Shown piece after piece: positions 8,439 to 17,852 of a stretch of DNA of 64,000 bases. The stretch covers positions 1 through 64,000 of IMG/VR virus record IMGVR_UViG_3300044675_005311; one strand, written 5' to 3'. Made by a program: the position numbers and the translations under genes. Position 1 is the stretch's first letter. Each line of letters begins with the position of its first letter. Origin of the DNA: a virus. Under the pieces are notes generated by a model. The model did not search any database. It was not told where the DNA came from and saw only the letters and a program-made list of their open reading frames with translations.

Positions 8439-9069
8439 ACGCGCATTTTATGTCGCCGTCGGTGTCGTAATTGCATTGTTGGTGTTATACTTAAAAAATG
8501 GCGATGGCGACTTTGACCTACAAAATCAAAACACCTATTTCAAAAGTACCATTGATAAAAATGGTAGAGAAATAGTAGAGCAACGACAACAAATAATGAG
8601 TTTGAAAGTTGCGCTCAAGAATAACCTTTTGGAAAAGGAAAAGTATATGAAGTCAATTTCTAGCCAAACCAAGGTGGGTACAAAAACCATTATTGAGAAA
8701 GTGTTTGTGCCTTACGAAGTTGAAAAGAAAATCTATGTAGATAGCAATACTTTTGATACGACATACTATGTGAAAACACCAATTCCCGTGAGTTGGAAAG
8801 ACTCTTGGAATTTCTTTGGCGGTGTAGTTAAACACGATGGTTTTCACATTGATAGTTTTGGCTCGGAGAACAAAATGCGAATTACGATTGGAGAGAAAAA
8901 ACGCGGGATATTCCGCAAGGCCGAACCGATTGTAGAAATCAAAAATGAGAACCCAAAAACACGGGTGACGGCGATGACTAACATCACCATAAAACAAAAA
9001 CCGCCCTTTTATCAAAGGTGGTGGTTCGTTGGTAGTTTGGCTTTAATGATAGGAAAAATTTTATTATGA
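8398..9069 (+). CDS. membrane-anchored coiled-coil protein (possibly spanin-like)
   Basis: N-terminal TM, coiled coil, C-terminal FYQRWWF plus hydrophobic tail. Confidence 0.55.
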   Translation: MEAQHYQAKGLNYKRAFYVAVGVVIALLVLYLKNGDGDFDLQNQNTYFKSTIDKNGREIVEQRQQIMSLKVALKNNLLEKEKYMKSISSQTKVGTKTIIEKVFVPYEVEKKIYVDSNTFDTTYYVKTPIPVSWKDSWNFFGGVVKHDGFHIDSFGSENKMRITIGEKKRGIFRKAEPIVEIKNENPKTRVTAMTNITIKQKPPFYQRWWFVGSLALMIGKILL

Positions 9070-9338
9070 TACACGAACCACATAACCGAGTTGATGTCAC
9101 CACACCCCAAGGGGATGGTGTAATTTGGCTAGTTACGGAGTACGGACACGAAACCGATACGATGTACACAATCATTTTGAACAATGGTGAAATTTGGCAA
9201 TTCACCCATAAGGACATTCGCGTTAAAGACAATGTAACCTTTAACCGAGTGTTTACAAAAACCGAAAAGCCTAAAGTTGGTACGGCGGTGTTGAATAAAT
9301 ATTTTTCATCCGAAAATCCCGCTAGTGGAACTAGGTAA
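9066..9338 (+). CDS. hypothetical phage protein
   Basis: VTTPQGDG...YG...NGEIW; ATGA overlap. Confidence 0.65.
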   Translation: MIHEPHNRVDVTTPQGDGVIWLVTEYGHETDTMYTIILNNGEIWQFTHKDIRVKDNVTFNRVFTKTEKPKVGTAVLNKYFSSENPASGTR

Positions 9339-9341
9339 ATT

Positions 9342-10259
9342 ATGAAGACGGCAATAGTTATTGGTGCGAGTGGTATGGACGGCTCATTAATGAGTGAGTT
9401 ATTGCTTCGCAAAGGGTATATGGTTCACGGAACTTACAATACCAACAAGCGTTGGGTGGAGAACTTGTTTCACCCGAATTTCACTTTGCATCATTTTGAC
9501 CTAGGACGGCAAGAGTTATTCCACCAATTTGTATTGAACATCAAGCCCGATGAAATTTACAACTTTGGAGGTGTTACATTTTCACCCGATAGTGAGCGAT
9601 TGCCCGACTACACCAAGGAGGTGAATTACAATGCCGTAATGAAGATTATGGAGGTTTGCTTTCACAACGACATCAAGTTTTTCCAAGCATCGTCGAGCGA
9701 AGTTTTTGGCAACATCAAGAATATGGAGTTGAACGAGCAAAGTGCAAAATTTGCACATACCCCATACGCCCAAGCCAAAAAGAATGTGGATTCGTATATG
9801 GCTTATATGAGAGAACAAGGTGCTAAATTCTACAATGCTATTTCATTCAACCACGAGTGTGAACGAAGAGGTAAGCATTTCGTCACCGCTAAAATTTGCA
9901 ACTTCGTCAAGGAGTTACGACACGGGGGTTCGCCCAACTTTTTGAAACTAGGGAGTCTTGATTCAAAACGCGATTGGGGTTACGCACCCGACTTTGTAGA
10001 AGGGTTCTATGCGCAAATGCAAGGAGAACCTACCGACTTGGTATTCGCTACGGGTATAGTCCATAGCGTACAAGACATATTGGAGTGCGCCTTTGCCCCG
10101 CACGGATATAAGTGGCAAGATTACGTCACCATCGATAGCACTTTCATTCGTAATGATGAGAGAAACAATATTTGGGGTGATTATTCCAAAGCCAAAGAAA
10201 CAATTGGGTGGCAACCAACAACTAAATTTGAAGACTTTATATACAAAATGACACTATGA
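9342..10259 (+). CDS. gmd: GDP-mannose 4,6-dehydratase
   Basis: IGASGMDGS, PDEIYNF, FFQASSSEVFG, PYAQAK, FNHE..RRG..FVT.KI, LGSLDSKRDWGYAPDFV. Confidence 0.9.
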   Translation: MKTAIVIGASGMDGSLMSELLLRKGYMVHGTYNTNKRWVENLFHPNFTLHHFDLGRQELFHQFVLNIKPDEIYNFGGVTFSPDSERLPDYTKEVNYNAVMKIMEVCFHNDIKFFQASSSEVFGNIKNMELNEQSAKFAHTPYAQAKKNVDSYMAYMREQGAKFYNAISFNHECERRGKHFVTAKICNFVKELRHGGSPNFLKLGSLDSKRDWGYAPDFVEGFYAQMQGEPTDLVFATGIVHSVQDILECAFAPHGYKWQDYVTIDSTFIRNDERNNIWGDYSKAKETIGWQPTTKFEDFIYKMTL

Positions 10260-10870
10260 GCATACATTCCTATTCCCAATTTGGCGAAGACGCATTCATC
10301 GCCCAACACTTTGACCCCGAATACAAAGGTATTTGCATTGACATTGGCGCAACCGATGGAATTGGAATGTCCAACACTTACCACTTTGAGCAACACGGGT
10401 GGAAGGCGATTTGCGTAGAGGCCAACCCCGCTATGATTCCGTCGCTTACTCAAACACGAGCCAATGCCGTACATTGCGCGGTTGGGCAATACAACAACAA
10501 AGAGGTGGAGTTCAAAGTAGTCACGCTAGAAGGCGGAAACCAAACGGCAATTAGTGGATTAGAACTAGACCACCGATTGATGGAGAGCCACGCGTTCTTA
10601 AATCCACAAGTGAGCATCGTGAAAGTTCCCGAAAGAACCCTAGATAGCATTATTGAGGATTTTGATTGGGTTACTCACATCGACTTTGTATCGATTGACA
10701 CGGAGGGTACGGAATTGGATGTCCTAAAAGGATTTGATATTCCCAAATGGAACGTGAAGATGTTTTGCATCGAGAACAATTTTAACGACCCCGAAATTGA
10801 ACAATACCTAGCAATGTTTGGTTATCGCAAAGTAAGGCGACACGAAGTAAACGACTTTTATACATTATGA
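10256..10870 (+). CDS. FkbM-family methyltransferase
   Basis: YSQFGED, IDIGATDG..SNT, VEANP, IDFVSIDTEGTELDVLKG. Confidence 0.9.
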   Translation: MSIHSYSQFGEDAFIAQHFDPEYKGICIDIGATDGIGMSNTYHFEQHGWKAICVEANPAMIPSLTQTRANAVHCAVGQYNNKEVEFKVVTLEGGNQTAISGLELDHRLMESHAFLNPQVSIVKVPERTLDSIIEDFDWVTHIDFVSIDTEGTELDVLKGFDIPKWNVKMFCIENNFNDPEIEQYLAMFGYRKVRRHEVNDFYTL

Positions 10871-12210
10871 GCAACAATTCAATAGACAAAGGAACACAAG
10901 GATATTTAAATTCTATGAGCCAAAAGGCGATGGAAGAATATGTAAATCCCACAATGAATAATATGAGCCACAAATTAATAAATCTAGGAAGTATGTACAC
11001 TTCCGACTTTATCGAGAATCCAAGCGAAGCGAATGGTCGTAAAACATATTCACTTGATTTGGTTTGGAACGAAAAGTTAGGATGCCCAACTTTGACCGAG
11101 CAACCGAGCGGTGAAGAAATGTGGGGTAAATATTGGTATAAGAGCGGTACAAATAGGTCAATGAAAATTGCTCTTTCGGATGTTGTTGAAGGTGTCTTAT
11201 CGCACAAGAATATGAAACACTATTTGCTTGACAAAAAGAAAGTTTGGCTTGATATTGCTTGTAACGATGGCACTCTTTTATCTTATGTAGATAGCAAAGC
11301 GTTTTTTCTTGTTGGAATTGACCCAATTGAAGATAAATACATAGACGAGGCTAAAAAATATGCGGATAGCGTAGTTCAAGATTATTTCACCTACGACGCT
11401 TGGGGAAGAGCCAACTCACCAAAGAAGGCCGACGTGGTTACGAGTATTGCGATGTTCTACGATTTGCAAGACCCATTCACTTTTGCACAAGACGTGGAGA
11501 AAGTGTTGGATGACTATGGTATTTGGGTGTTACAACTTTCGTACACTCCGCTTATGATTAAGCAACTTGCCTTTGATAATATTTGCCACGAACATTGGGC
11601 TTACCACAACCTTTCTAGCGTTCAAAGAATCCTTGCTACGGCGAATATGAAGGTATTAAATGCCGAGTTAAACGATGTCAACGGCGGGTCAATTCGTATT
11701 TACGCGGTCAAGAACAATGCGAATATGAATCTTTTTGGTAGTGCGCCCAAGCGCGACGTATGGGCGATGAATGTCCAAGCGTTGTTTAATAACGAGCATC
11801 ATTATGAGAATTTACCAACGTGGCTAGATTTTGCCAACAATGTTTCAATCTTGAGAATGAAAACTACCGACTTTATTGATAGGGCGAATCGTGAGGGTAA
11901 AAGCATTTGGGGTTATGGCGCAAGTACAAAAGGGAATACTTTGTTGCAATACTTTGATTTGGATAATACCAAAATAGAGGCCATAGCCGAACGCAATCCC
12001 GACAAATGGGGATTGCACACGATTGGAACGAACATAGTCATTAAAAGCGAAGAGGATATGCGTGAAGCACAACCCGACTATGTGTTGGTATTACCTTGGC
12101 ACTTTATTTCGGAGTTTTTAGTGCGCGAAAGTGAGTATTTGCAAAAGGGCGGTGCGTTCATCGTTCCTTGTCCAAACTTTAAAGTTTACACTAAGGAGGA
12201 TTTGAAATGA
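10867..12210 (+). CDS. NDP-hexose C-methyltransferase-like protein
   Basis: YWYKSG, LDIACNDGTLL, FDNICHEH, NGGSIR, GYGASTKGNTLL, PDYVLVLPWHF. Confidence 0.85.
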   Translation: MSNNSIDKGTQGYLNSMSQKAMEEYVNPTMNNMSHKLINLGSMYTSDFIENPSEANGRKTYSLDLVWNEKLGCPTLTEQPSGEEMWGKYWYKSGTNRSMKIALSDVVEGVLSHKNMKHYLLDKKKVWLDIACNDGTLLSYVDSKAFFLVGIDPIEDKYIDEAKKYADSVVQDYFTYDAWGRANSPKKADVVTSIAMFYDLQDPFTFAQDVEKVLDDYGIWVLQLSYTPLMIKQLAFDNICHEHWAYHNLSSVQRILATANMKVLNAELNDVNGGSIRIYAVKNNANMNLFGSAPKRDVWAMNVQALFNNEHHYENLPTWLDFANNVSILRMKTTDFIDRANREGKSIWGYGASTKGNTLLQYFDLDNTKIEAIAERNPDKWGLHTIGTNIVIKSEEDMREAQPDYVLVLPWHFISEFLVRESEYLQKGGAFIVPCPNFKVYTKEDLK

Positions 12211-12458
12211 AAGTAACCATAGGAAACTTGATTGACCAATTGAGCATCGTCAACATAAAGATTTGGATGGCGGAGGATGTGAAACGCGACCCCAATGCAA
12301 CGGATGCCGACATTGCCAAGGCCACGCGAACGACCAACATTGCCAACCAACAACGCAACGACTTGATTCAAGCCATTGATGAAGGTATGAATGCAATAGC
12401 CAAAGGAGAAACCCAAAAACTTTACAAGCAAGGGGAGAGCAAGATGTATGGCAAGTAG
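12207..12458 (+). CDS. DUF4254-like helical protein
   Basis: TIGNLIDQLSIVNIKIW..ED..R...NQQRNDLIQAIDE. Confidence 0.65.
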   Translation: MKVTIGNLIDQLSIVNIKIWMAEDVKRDPNATDADIAKATRTTNIANQQRNDLIQAIDEGMNAIAKGETQKLYKQGESKMYGK

Positions 12459-13164
12459 CATATTGGTAAGTGGCAAGTTGGGTGATTTGATTCATTCGAT
12501 GTATGTTTCAAAGCACCTCATAGAGCGACACAACATCCGTACTAAAATATACATTACGGAAACCATAGAGCCGTTTGAAAACGGGGTGCATAACACAAGG
12601 GCGGAACTACGCCCCATAATCCGACAACAAAGAGGTAATGATGGTTTTGAAATATGGGAAGGGCAACCGATTGAATACAACACAACGCTATTTCGCAATA
12701 GCCCACTTTTGTATCGTCGGTGTTGGACGGAAATAATGTGCAATTTATTTTTCCCAAACGAAGAGCCAATAAGCGGTGGATGGATGACTTACAATGAAGT
12801 TCGTAATTGGGATTCTACACTAGTCATTAATCGTCGCTACAAAAATCCAATGAGCGACCATATTCGGGATTCGTACTTATTGCAAATTCAACAACACGAA
12901 AATAGAATTTTTTTAGGAAGCCAAGCGGACTATGAAGCGTTCCCGTTAAAGGAGTATTGCAATTTGGTTATACCCGCAAATATGGAGGATTGGTTTACTT
13001 ACATTGCCAAGTGTTCAAAGTTTATGGGAAATCAAAGCGCACCGCTTGCAATAGCAAGTGCTTTAAACACACCAAGGGTGGCGGAATTGCTACCTACACA
13101 ATACCCCGATTGGGTGCATTATTGGGGTGAAGAAAAGTATGGTGACATTTATTTTGTGCAATAG
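12448..13164 (+). CDS. GT-B glycosyltransferase (GT9-like)
   Basis: SGKLGDLIHS N-terminal motif; FMGNQSAPLAIASAL C-terminal motif. Confidence 0.7.
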   Translation: MASSILVSGKLGDLIHSMYVSKHLIERHNIRTKIYITETIEPFENGVHNTRAELRPIIRQQRGNDGFEIWEGQPIEYNTTLFRNSPLLYRRCWTEIMCNLFFPNEEPISGGWMTYNEVRNWDSTLVINRRYKNPMSDHIRDSYLLQIQQHENRIFLGSQADYEAFPLKEYCNLVIPANMEDWFTYIAKCSKFMGNQSAPLAIASALNTPRVAELLPTQYPDWVHYWGEEKYGDIYFVQ

Positions 13165-13167
13165 TTT

Positions 13168-13194
13168 GTTATTTTCTAAAATAACCTATATTTG
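13168..13194 (+). promoter_or_regulatory. Perfect operator palindrome plus -7 element
   Basis: GTTATTTT-CT-AAAATAAC-C-TATATTTG, ATG at 13200. Confidence 0.8.
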
Positions 13195-13199
13195 CACCT

Positions 13200-13502
13200 A
13201 TGTCAACCAAATTAGAGTTTATACATAAGTATTCACTAGCGGAATATTCTACCATCAAAGGTGGTAAAATGTTATTGAAAGATGGTCAACCTTGTAAGTG
13301 TCACAAGGTTGGCCCTAACATCCTACCCAACAATTTGTCGGGTGATTTAGTACCCGTTTATGAGCATTGCACTACACATTGCACGAGGGCGTTATTGGCA
13401 CTTGAAGAAGGTGTGATAATGTACATTCAAACGTGCGAAGTGCAAGCGCAAAAGTTTCCAATGGAAAATGCGGAAGCAAAATCCAAGATTGAAAAATTGT
13501 AA
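13200..13502 (+). CDS. hypothetical Cys/His-containing protein
   Basis: 100-aa ORF after promoter; CKCH, CTTHC. Confidence 0.7.
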   Translation: MSTKLEFIHKYSLAEYSTIKGGKMLLKDGQPCKCHKVGPNILPNNLSGDLVPVYEHCTTHCTRALLALEEGVIMYIQTCEVQAQKFPMENAEAKSKIEKL

Positions 13503-13521
13503 AAAACCACCTCCCTAAAAT

Positions 13522-13935
13522 ATGAAACAAATGAACTTATTCGGGTCATTGTTTGCGCCCAACAACGAAGAAAAAAAGTATTCTTCTAAAATTGAAGCAC
13601 CCGTGTACGAACCAAAAAATGCAAAACCGCATATTTTAGAATTGGTCAACAAAGAGAAAACTCATAGGTTGATGCGAGAAATAGAAAACTCCAATTTACC
13701 CATAGAAGAAAAGACTTTTTTGATTGATTCGGCGAGAAGGCACAACGTATTTAATTATGCAAAAATCGCGGACTATTACGCACAAGCGTCACCCGAAATG
13801 CAACACTTGATGGAACGAAGTGCCTTGGTAATTATTGATTTTGAAAAAGCGGTGGAATATGGGTATGTGAAATTGTGTGATGAAATACGAACACAATATT
13901 TGGAGGAATACGGAGAAACCGATAATGGAGAATAA
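13522..13935 (+). CDS. conserved phage protein typically adjacent to TAGT-like glycosyltransferases
   Basis: KIEAPVYEP...EEKTFL...RRHNVFNYAKIADYYA...LMERSALVIIDF. Confidence 0.65.
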   Translation: MKQMNLFGSLFAPNNEEKKYSSKIEAPVYEPKNAKPHILELVNKEKTHRLMREIENSNLPIEEKTFLIDSARRHNVFNYAKIADYYAQASPEMQHLMERSALVIIDFEKAVEYGYVKLCDEIRTQYLEEYGETDNGE

Positions 13936-14755
13936 AGATTTTGCGGTTTTTATTATGGTGTATGGTAGACCCGAAAAAAATTGGACTTACGATACCTTAA
14001 AAAAATGCGGGTATAGTGGTAAAATTTATCTTGTAGGGGACAACACCGATAGCACTATTGATGCGTATAAATTAAAGTATGGGGAGGAGTTGTTGGTGTT
14101 TGATAAAAAAGAAGTAGCCAAAAAATATGATGCGGGTGATAATAGCGGTGATTTGCGGAGTACGATGTATAGTGCCAACACAATATTTGAACTAGCGAAG
14201 GAAAACGGGGTCAAGTATTTTTGTTTGATGTGTGACGATTATTATTACTTTGGGTATCGTTACGATACGGGTGCAAGGATTATTAAAAACTTGGATGCGG
14301 TATTTGATAGTATGGTTGAATTTTACAAAAGCACCAATATAAAAACTATTGCGTTTTCGCAAGGTGGCGACCACATCGGCGGATTCAATAGTACTTTCCG
14401 TAGAAAGGCTATGAACTCTTTTTTTTGTTCGACGGATAGACCTTTTGAATTTATGGGTAGACTTAATGAGGATGTAACCACCTACGTTAATTTAGGTGGT
14501 AAAGGGGATATTTTTTGCACTTTCCCATTTTTACAATTAGACCAAAAAGACACGCAAAAGTCAAAGAGTGGATTGACCGATGTTTACCTAGACAATGGTA
14601 CTTACGTAAAGTCGTTTTTTTCGGTGATGTACAATCCCTCTTGCGTTAAAGTTTCGGTGATGAATGCAAACAATAAACGGATTCACCACTCGATAAAATG
14701 GGTTAATACAACCCCAATGATAGTGAGCGATAAATACAAGAAAAAACAAATATGA
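13925..14755 (+). CDS. TET-associated/GREB1-like glycosyltransferase (candidate DNA modification)
   Basis: VFIMVYGRP, MCDDY, QGGD, RKAMNSFFC, GRLNEDV, YLDNGTYVKSF, RIHH; ATG 13925. Confidence 0.7.
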   Translation: MENKDFAVFIMVYGRPEKNWTYDTLKKCGYSGKIYLVGDNTDSTIDAYKLKYGEELLVFDKKEVAKKYDAGDNSGDLRSTMYSANTIFELAKENGVKYFCLMCDDYYYFGYRYDTGARIIKNLDAVFDSMVEFYKSTNIKTIAFSQGGDHIGGFNSTFRRKAMNSFFCSTDRPFEFMGRLNEDVTTYVNLGGKGDIFCTFPFLQLDQKDTQKSKSGLTDVYLDNGTYVKSFFSVMYNPSCVKVSVMNANNKRIHHSIKWVNTTPMIVSDKYKKKQI

Positions 14756-16014
14756 CAAAGAAAATATTAGCCTATATGGACTTTATGTGTCCCACGGGTT
14801 TCGGAACTGTTTCCCACAACGTAATGGATAGATTAACCCCTTGGTTCAAGCGGGTTGGTATTGAAGTTGATGTGGCTTGTTTGAATTATGGCAATCGTCA
14901 AACCGAACAATATAATGACCAAATTATGGCCGTCAATCCAAAGATGTTCGCTCGGAATGAAGAGGACTATTACTATCGTGATGGTATTCTCAAGATGTTG
15001 CAAGTGGGTGACTATGATTTGCTATGGTGTATGAATGATGTACCCGTGCTAGGGCCTATGTCACCAATTCTTCGCCACCTCCGTCAACAAAAGCAATTCC
15101 AAAAACAAAAGGAGTTCAAGATGCTAATGTACACCCCGATTGATAGCGTTCCATTTGCGCGTTACTTTAAGGATTTAGATGTATGGGACGAAGTGTACAC
15201 CTACACCGATTATGGTCGTAGAGAGGCGGAGAAAGCCTTTCAAAAGGTCAATAAGCGCAAAATGAAGGTGGGCATTATTCCGCACGGAATGAATAGGTAC
15301 GAATTTCAACCTTTGTTTGACAAGGAGTCATTGCGCGTCAAGTACGACATACCACAAGGTATGTTTTTATTTGGAAATGTAAATAAGAACCAACCGCGTA
15401 AAGATATTGGAACTACCTTGTTAGCGTTCGCCGAATTTAAGAAGTGGTTTGAAGCCCAACCGCCTAATCCAAACTTGCCTAGCAAAGTAGGTTTGTATTT
15501 GCATTGTTACCACTCGGACAAAACGGGTATAAAATTGCACGTTGCTTGCGAACGCCTAGATTTGATTATGGGCAAAGATGTGTTTTTGCCAATCGAGGAT
15601 AAATACAACAACAATTCGTATTCGACCCAAGAAATCAATGAGGTGTATAATTGCTTAGATGCGTTTGTGAGTACGACGACCGCCGAAGGGTGGGGATTGA
15701 CCATCACGGAGGCTATGAGCGTTGGTTTGCCCATTATTTGTGGCAATCATACTTCGCTTACCGAAATGACCGATAATGGAGAATTGGTGTACATCGTGAA
15801 CGACTTAATTCCTCACTTTCAAATTGAAGATGCGGAAAATGTGCGGATGGTGTTAAATCCAAAAGCCGTTACCGAACAAATGATAAACGTCTTTAATGAT
15901 GCGCCGTTAAAAAAATGGTCGGTGAAAAACTACCAACACAAGTTTGAAGAATACAATTGGGATAAAATTGCCGACCAATGGAAAATTTCACTCAAAAGAT
16001 TATTGAAGATATGA
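14752..16014 (+). CDS. glycosyltransferase family 4 (GT-B)
   Basis: PTGFGTV, IPHG, NKNQPRKD, YNCLDAFVSTTTAEGWGLTITEAM. Confidence 0.9.
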   Translation: MTKKILAYMDFMCPTGFGTVSHNVMDRLTPWFKRVGIEVDVACLNYGNRQTEQYNDQIMAVNPKMFARNEEDYYYRDGILKMLQVGDYDLLWCMNDVPVLGPMSPILRHLRQQKQFQKQKEFKMLMYTPIDSVPFARYFKDLDVWDEVYTYTDYGRREAEKAFQKVNKRKMKVGIIPHGMNRYEFQPLFDKESLRVKYDIPQGMFLFGNVNKNQPRKDIGTTLLAFAEFKKWFEAQPPNPNLPSKVGLYLHCYHSDKTGIKLHVACERLDLIMGKDVFLPIEDKYNNNSYSTQEINEVYNCLDAFVSTTTAEGWGLTITEAMSVGLPIICGNHTSLTEMTDNGELVYIVNDLIPHFQIEDAENVRMVLNPKAVTEQMINVFNDAPLKKWSVKNYQHKFEEYNWDKIADQWKISLKRLLKI

Positions 16015-16154
16015 ATTACTTCTTAATCGGGTGTGGGATTGACAAAAGCAATCACTTGGTGCTAGTAAAAGCGGACACCTACGAAGAAGCGTGTGCCAAA
16101 ATAAAAGCAAAATGTGCCGACTACGAAGTGTTCGTGAACGCTACGATAGAATAA
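16011..16154 (+). CDS. 47-aa hypothetical protein (not in ORF track)
   Basis: MNYFLIGCGIDKSNHLVLVKADTYEEACAKIK...; ATGA overlap. Confidence 0.55.
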   Translation: MNYFLIGCGIDKSNHLVLVKADTYEEACAKIKAKCADYEVFVNATIE

Positions 16155-16170
16155 TTTTTTGCAAAAGTTT

Positions 16171-16198
16171 GTTATTTTAGAAAATAACCATAAATTTG
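16171..16198 (+). promoter_or_regulatory. Perfect operator palindrome plus -7 element
   Basis: GTTATTTT-AG-AAAATAAC-CA-TAAATTTG. Confidence 0.8.
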
Positions 16199-16220
16199 AA
16201 TTGTCAAATAAATATTAAAT

Positions 16221-16988
16221 ATGTTCAATACTAAACAAGCACCAATGGAAACGGAAGTAAACCAAGTGCGCGATGTTGTGGCAAACCAAGTTTACCGCAC
16301 GACCAAGTACGAGAGGTTCTCGTTTTTAGACGGAAACCGCAACCTTAACCCAATGCACTTCGAGAGATTGAAGACCGCAATTGCGACGATGGACTTAACC
16401 GAGTCTAATCCGATTCTAGTCAATGATGATTTTGAAATCATTGATGGCCAACACCGATTCGAGGTGTGTAAATATTTGAAAAAGCCAATTTACTATTTGC
16501 AAAAAAAAGGCTATGGATTGAGAGAGGTGCAAATGCTTAACGCCAATATGAAAAATTGGAGGTTAGAAGATTATGTAGAGGGATATTGCGATTTGGGTAA
16601 TGAGGAATATTTGTATTTGCGTTCTTTCCTTGCACAACACAAATTGGGTATGATGTCGTCCGTAACTATTCTTTCGTCTATGGGTGGCGGAAAGGCTTTG
16701 AGTATTACCGATGGAACACTACTACTACCAAACAAGGAACGTGGTGAAACTATTGCAAAGTGGGTACAACAACTTGAGCCTTTGTATGCGGGTTGTAGAA
16801 GGAAGTCTTTTCTACTTGCGTTGGTAAAGATTTACTCAATTAGGCAATTTGACTTTAGTCAATTGATGGCTAAACTTTCGTACCAACAAACCAAATTAGT
16901 GGATTGTACCGATATGAAAGGTTATTTAACTTTGCTAGAAGAAATTTACAACTTTAAGGAAAGAGGCACTAAGTTGCGTTTTTTCTAA
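16221..16988 (+). CDS. ParB-like N-terminal domain protein
   Basis: GNRNLN...NPILVNDDFEIIDGQHRFEVCK. Confidence 0.8.
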   Translation: MFNTKQAPMETEVNQVRDVVANQVYRTTKYERFSFLDGNRNLNPMHFERLKTAIATMDLTESNPILVNDDFEIIDGQHRFEVCKYLKKPIYYLQKKGYGLREVQMLNANMKNWRLEDYVEGYCDLGNEEYLYLRSFLAQHKLGMMSSVTILSSMGGGKALSITDGTLLLPNKERGETIAKWVQQLEPLYAGCRRKSFLLALVKIYSIRQFDFSQLMAKLSYQQTKLVDCTDMKGYLTLLEEIYNFKERGTKLRFF

Positions 16989-16995
16989 AATAGAG

Positions 16996-17069
16996 TGCGG
17001 GGTGGTGTAGCGGTAGCATAGGTGGCTCATAACCACTTGGTCGCAAGTTCAAATCTTGCCCCCGCACCA
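16996..17069 (+). tRNA. tRNA with CAU anticodon (Met or Ile2)
   Basis: Cloverleaf: TGCGGGG/CCCCGCA acceptor, GGTGG-CTCATAA-CCACT anticodon arm, GCAAG-TTCAAAT-CTTGC T arm. Confidence 0.85.
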
Positions 17070-17152
17070 AAGGCTATCCAATAGTGGCCCAAACACGAAA
17101 GGTGTTTAAACGGATGTAAATTATTTATCATAATGATTAATTTTAGAAGGGG

Positions 17153-17846
17153 GGGGTATTGGACTCCCTTTTTGATTTAATGGGAAGATATTCATCGGAA
17201 GTATAACAACGTAAAAAGAGTAGTTATGAGATTATGTGAATTTGATTGTTCAACGGGTTTGATTAATGTTTTGTATCACGATAAAATAAAAGATATATCC
17301 GTTAGAACATCAACGATTGCGGATATGTTATTAATTGACAAACTGCAAAAAGAAAATAGTAAAGCCGTTGGATTTATTCAATCAACTATATGGGATAAAT
17401 ATGTGTTTGGTGGTGAACGGAATTTTGTTGTTTTAATATGCGAGGCAAACAATGATGCCGTTGGTTATGTATTAATCACACCAGGTATATCATCATATCG
17501 GTATGCGAAAATTCAGCAAATATGTGTGCGTGACGACGCAAGAAGATTGCATTACGGAACGGCATTGTTAGATGTGTGTAGACAATTTTGCGTTAAGTTC
17601 CATCGTCTTGGATTTACTTTAAGATGTCGTGTTGACCTCGATTCAAATAATTTTTGGAGGTCGTTGGGATTTACCAATTATGCAACTTGGGAAAAGGGCA
17701 AAATCAATCACGTTGGATTCAAAGCGTCAAACGACATTAATCTTTGGAAAATTGAATTAAATAATAACATAATGCAACTACTATGAACTATCATTAATAA
17801 GTCAAAGATGTCAACAAATTAATTTGGGGTATTGGAATCCTTTTTT
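17153..17846. repeat. 21-bp imperfect direct repeats (terminator-like) flanking the GNAT gene
   Basis: GGGGTATTGGACTCCCTTTTT (17153-17173) and GGGGTATTGGAATCCTTTTTT (17826-17846). Confidence 0.7.
17226..17786 (+). CDS. GNAT-family N-acetyltransferase
   Basis: IQQICVRDDARRLHYGTALL (motif A); SNNFWRSLGF (motif B). Confidence 0.85.
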   Translation: MRLCEFDCSTGLINVLYHDKIKDISVRTSTIADMLLIDKLQKENSKAVGFIQSTIWDKYVFGGERNFVVLICEANNDAVGYVLITPGISSYRYAKIQQICVRDDARRLHYGTALLDVCRQFCVKFHRLGFTLRCRVDLDSNNFWRSLGFTNYATWEKGKINHVGFKASNDINLWKIELNNNIMQLL

Positions 17847-17852
17847 TTATAT

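Noticed and set aside
16996-17069. tRNA as a prophage attachment site
   Set aside because: No integrase and no duplicated tRNA 3' end in the window; viral genes continue on both sides.
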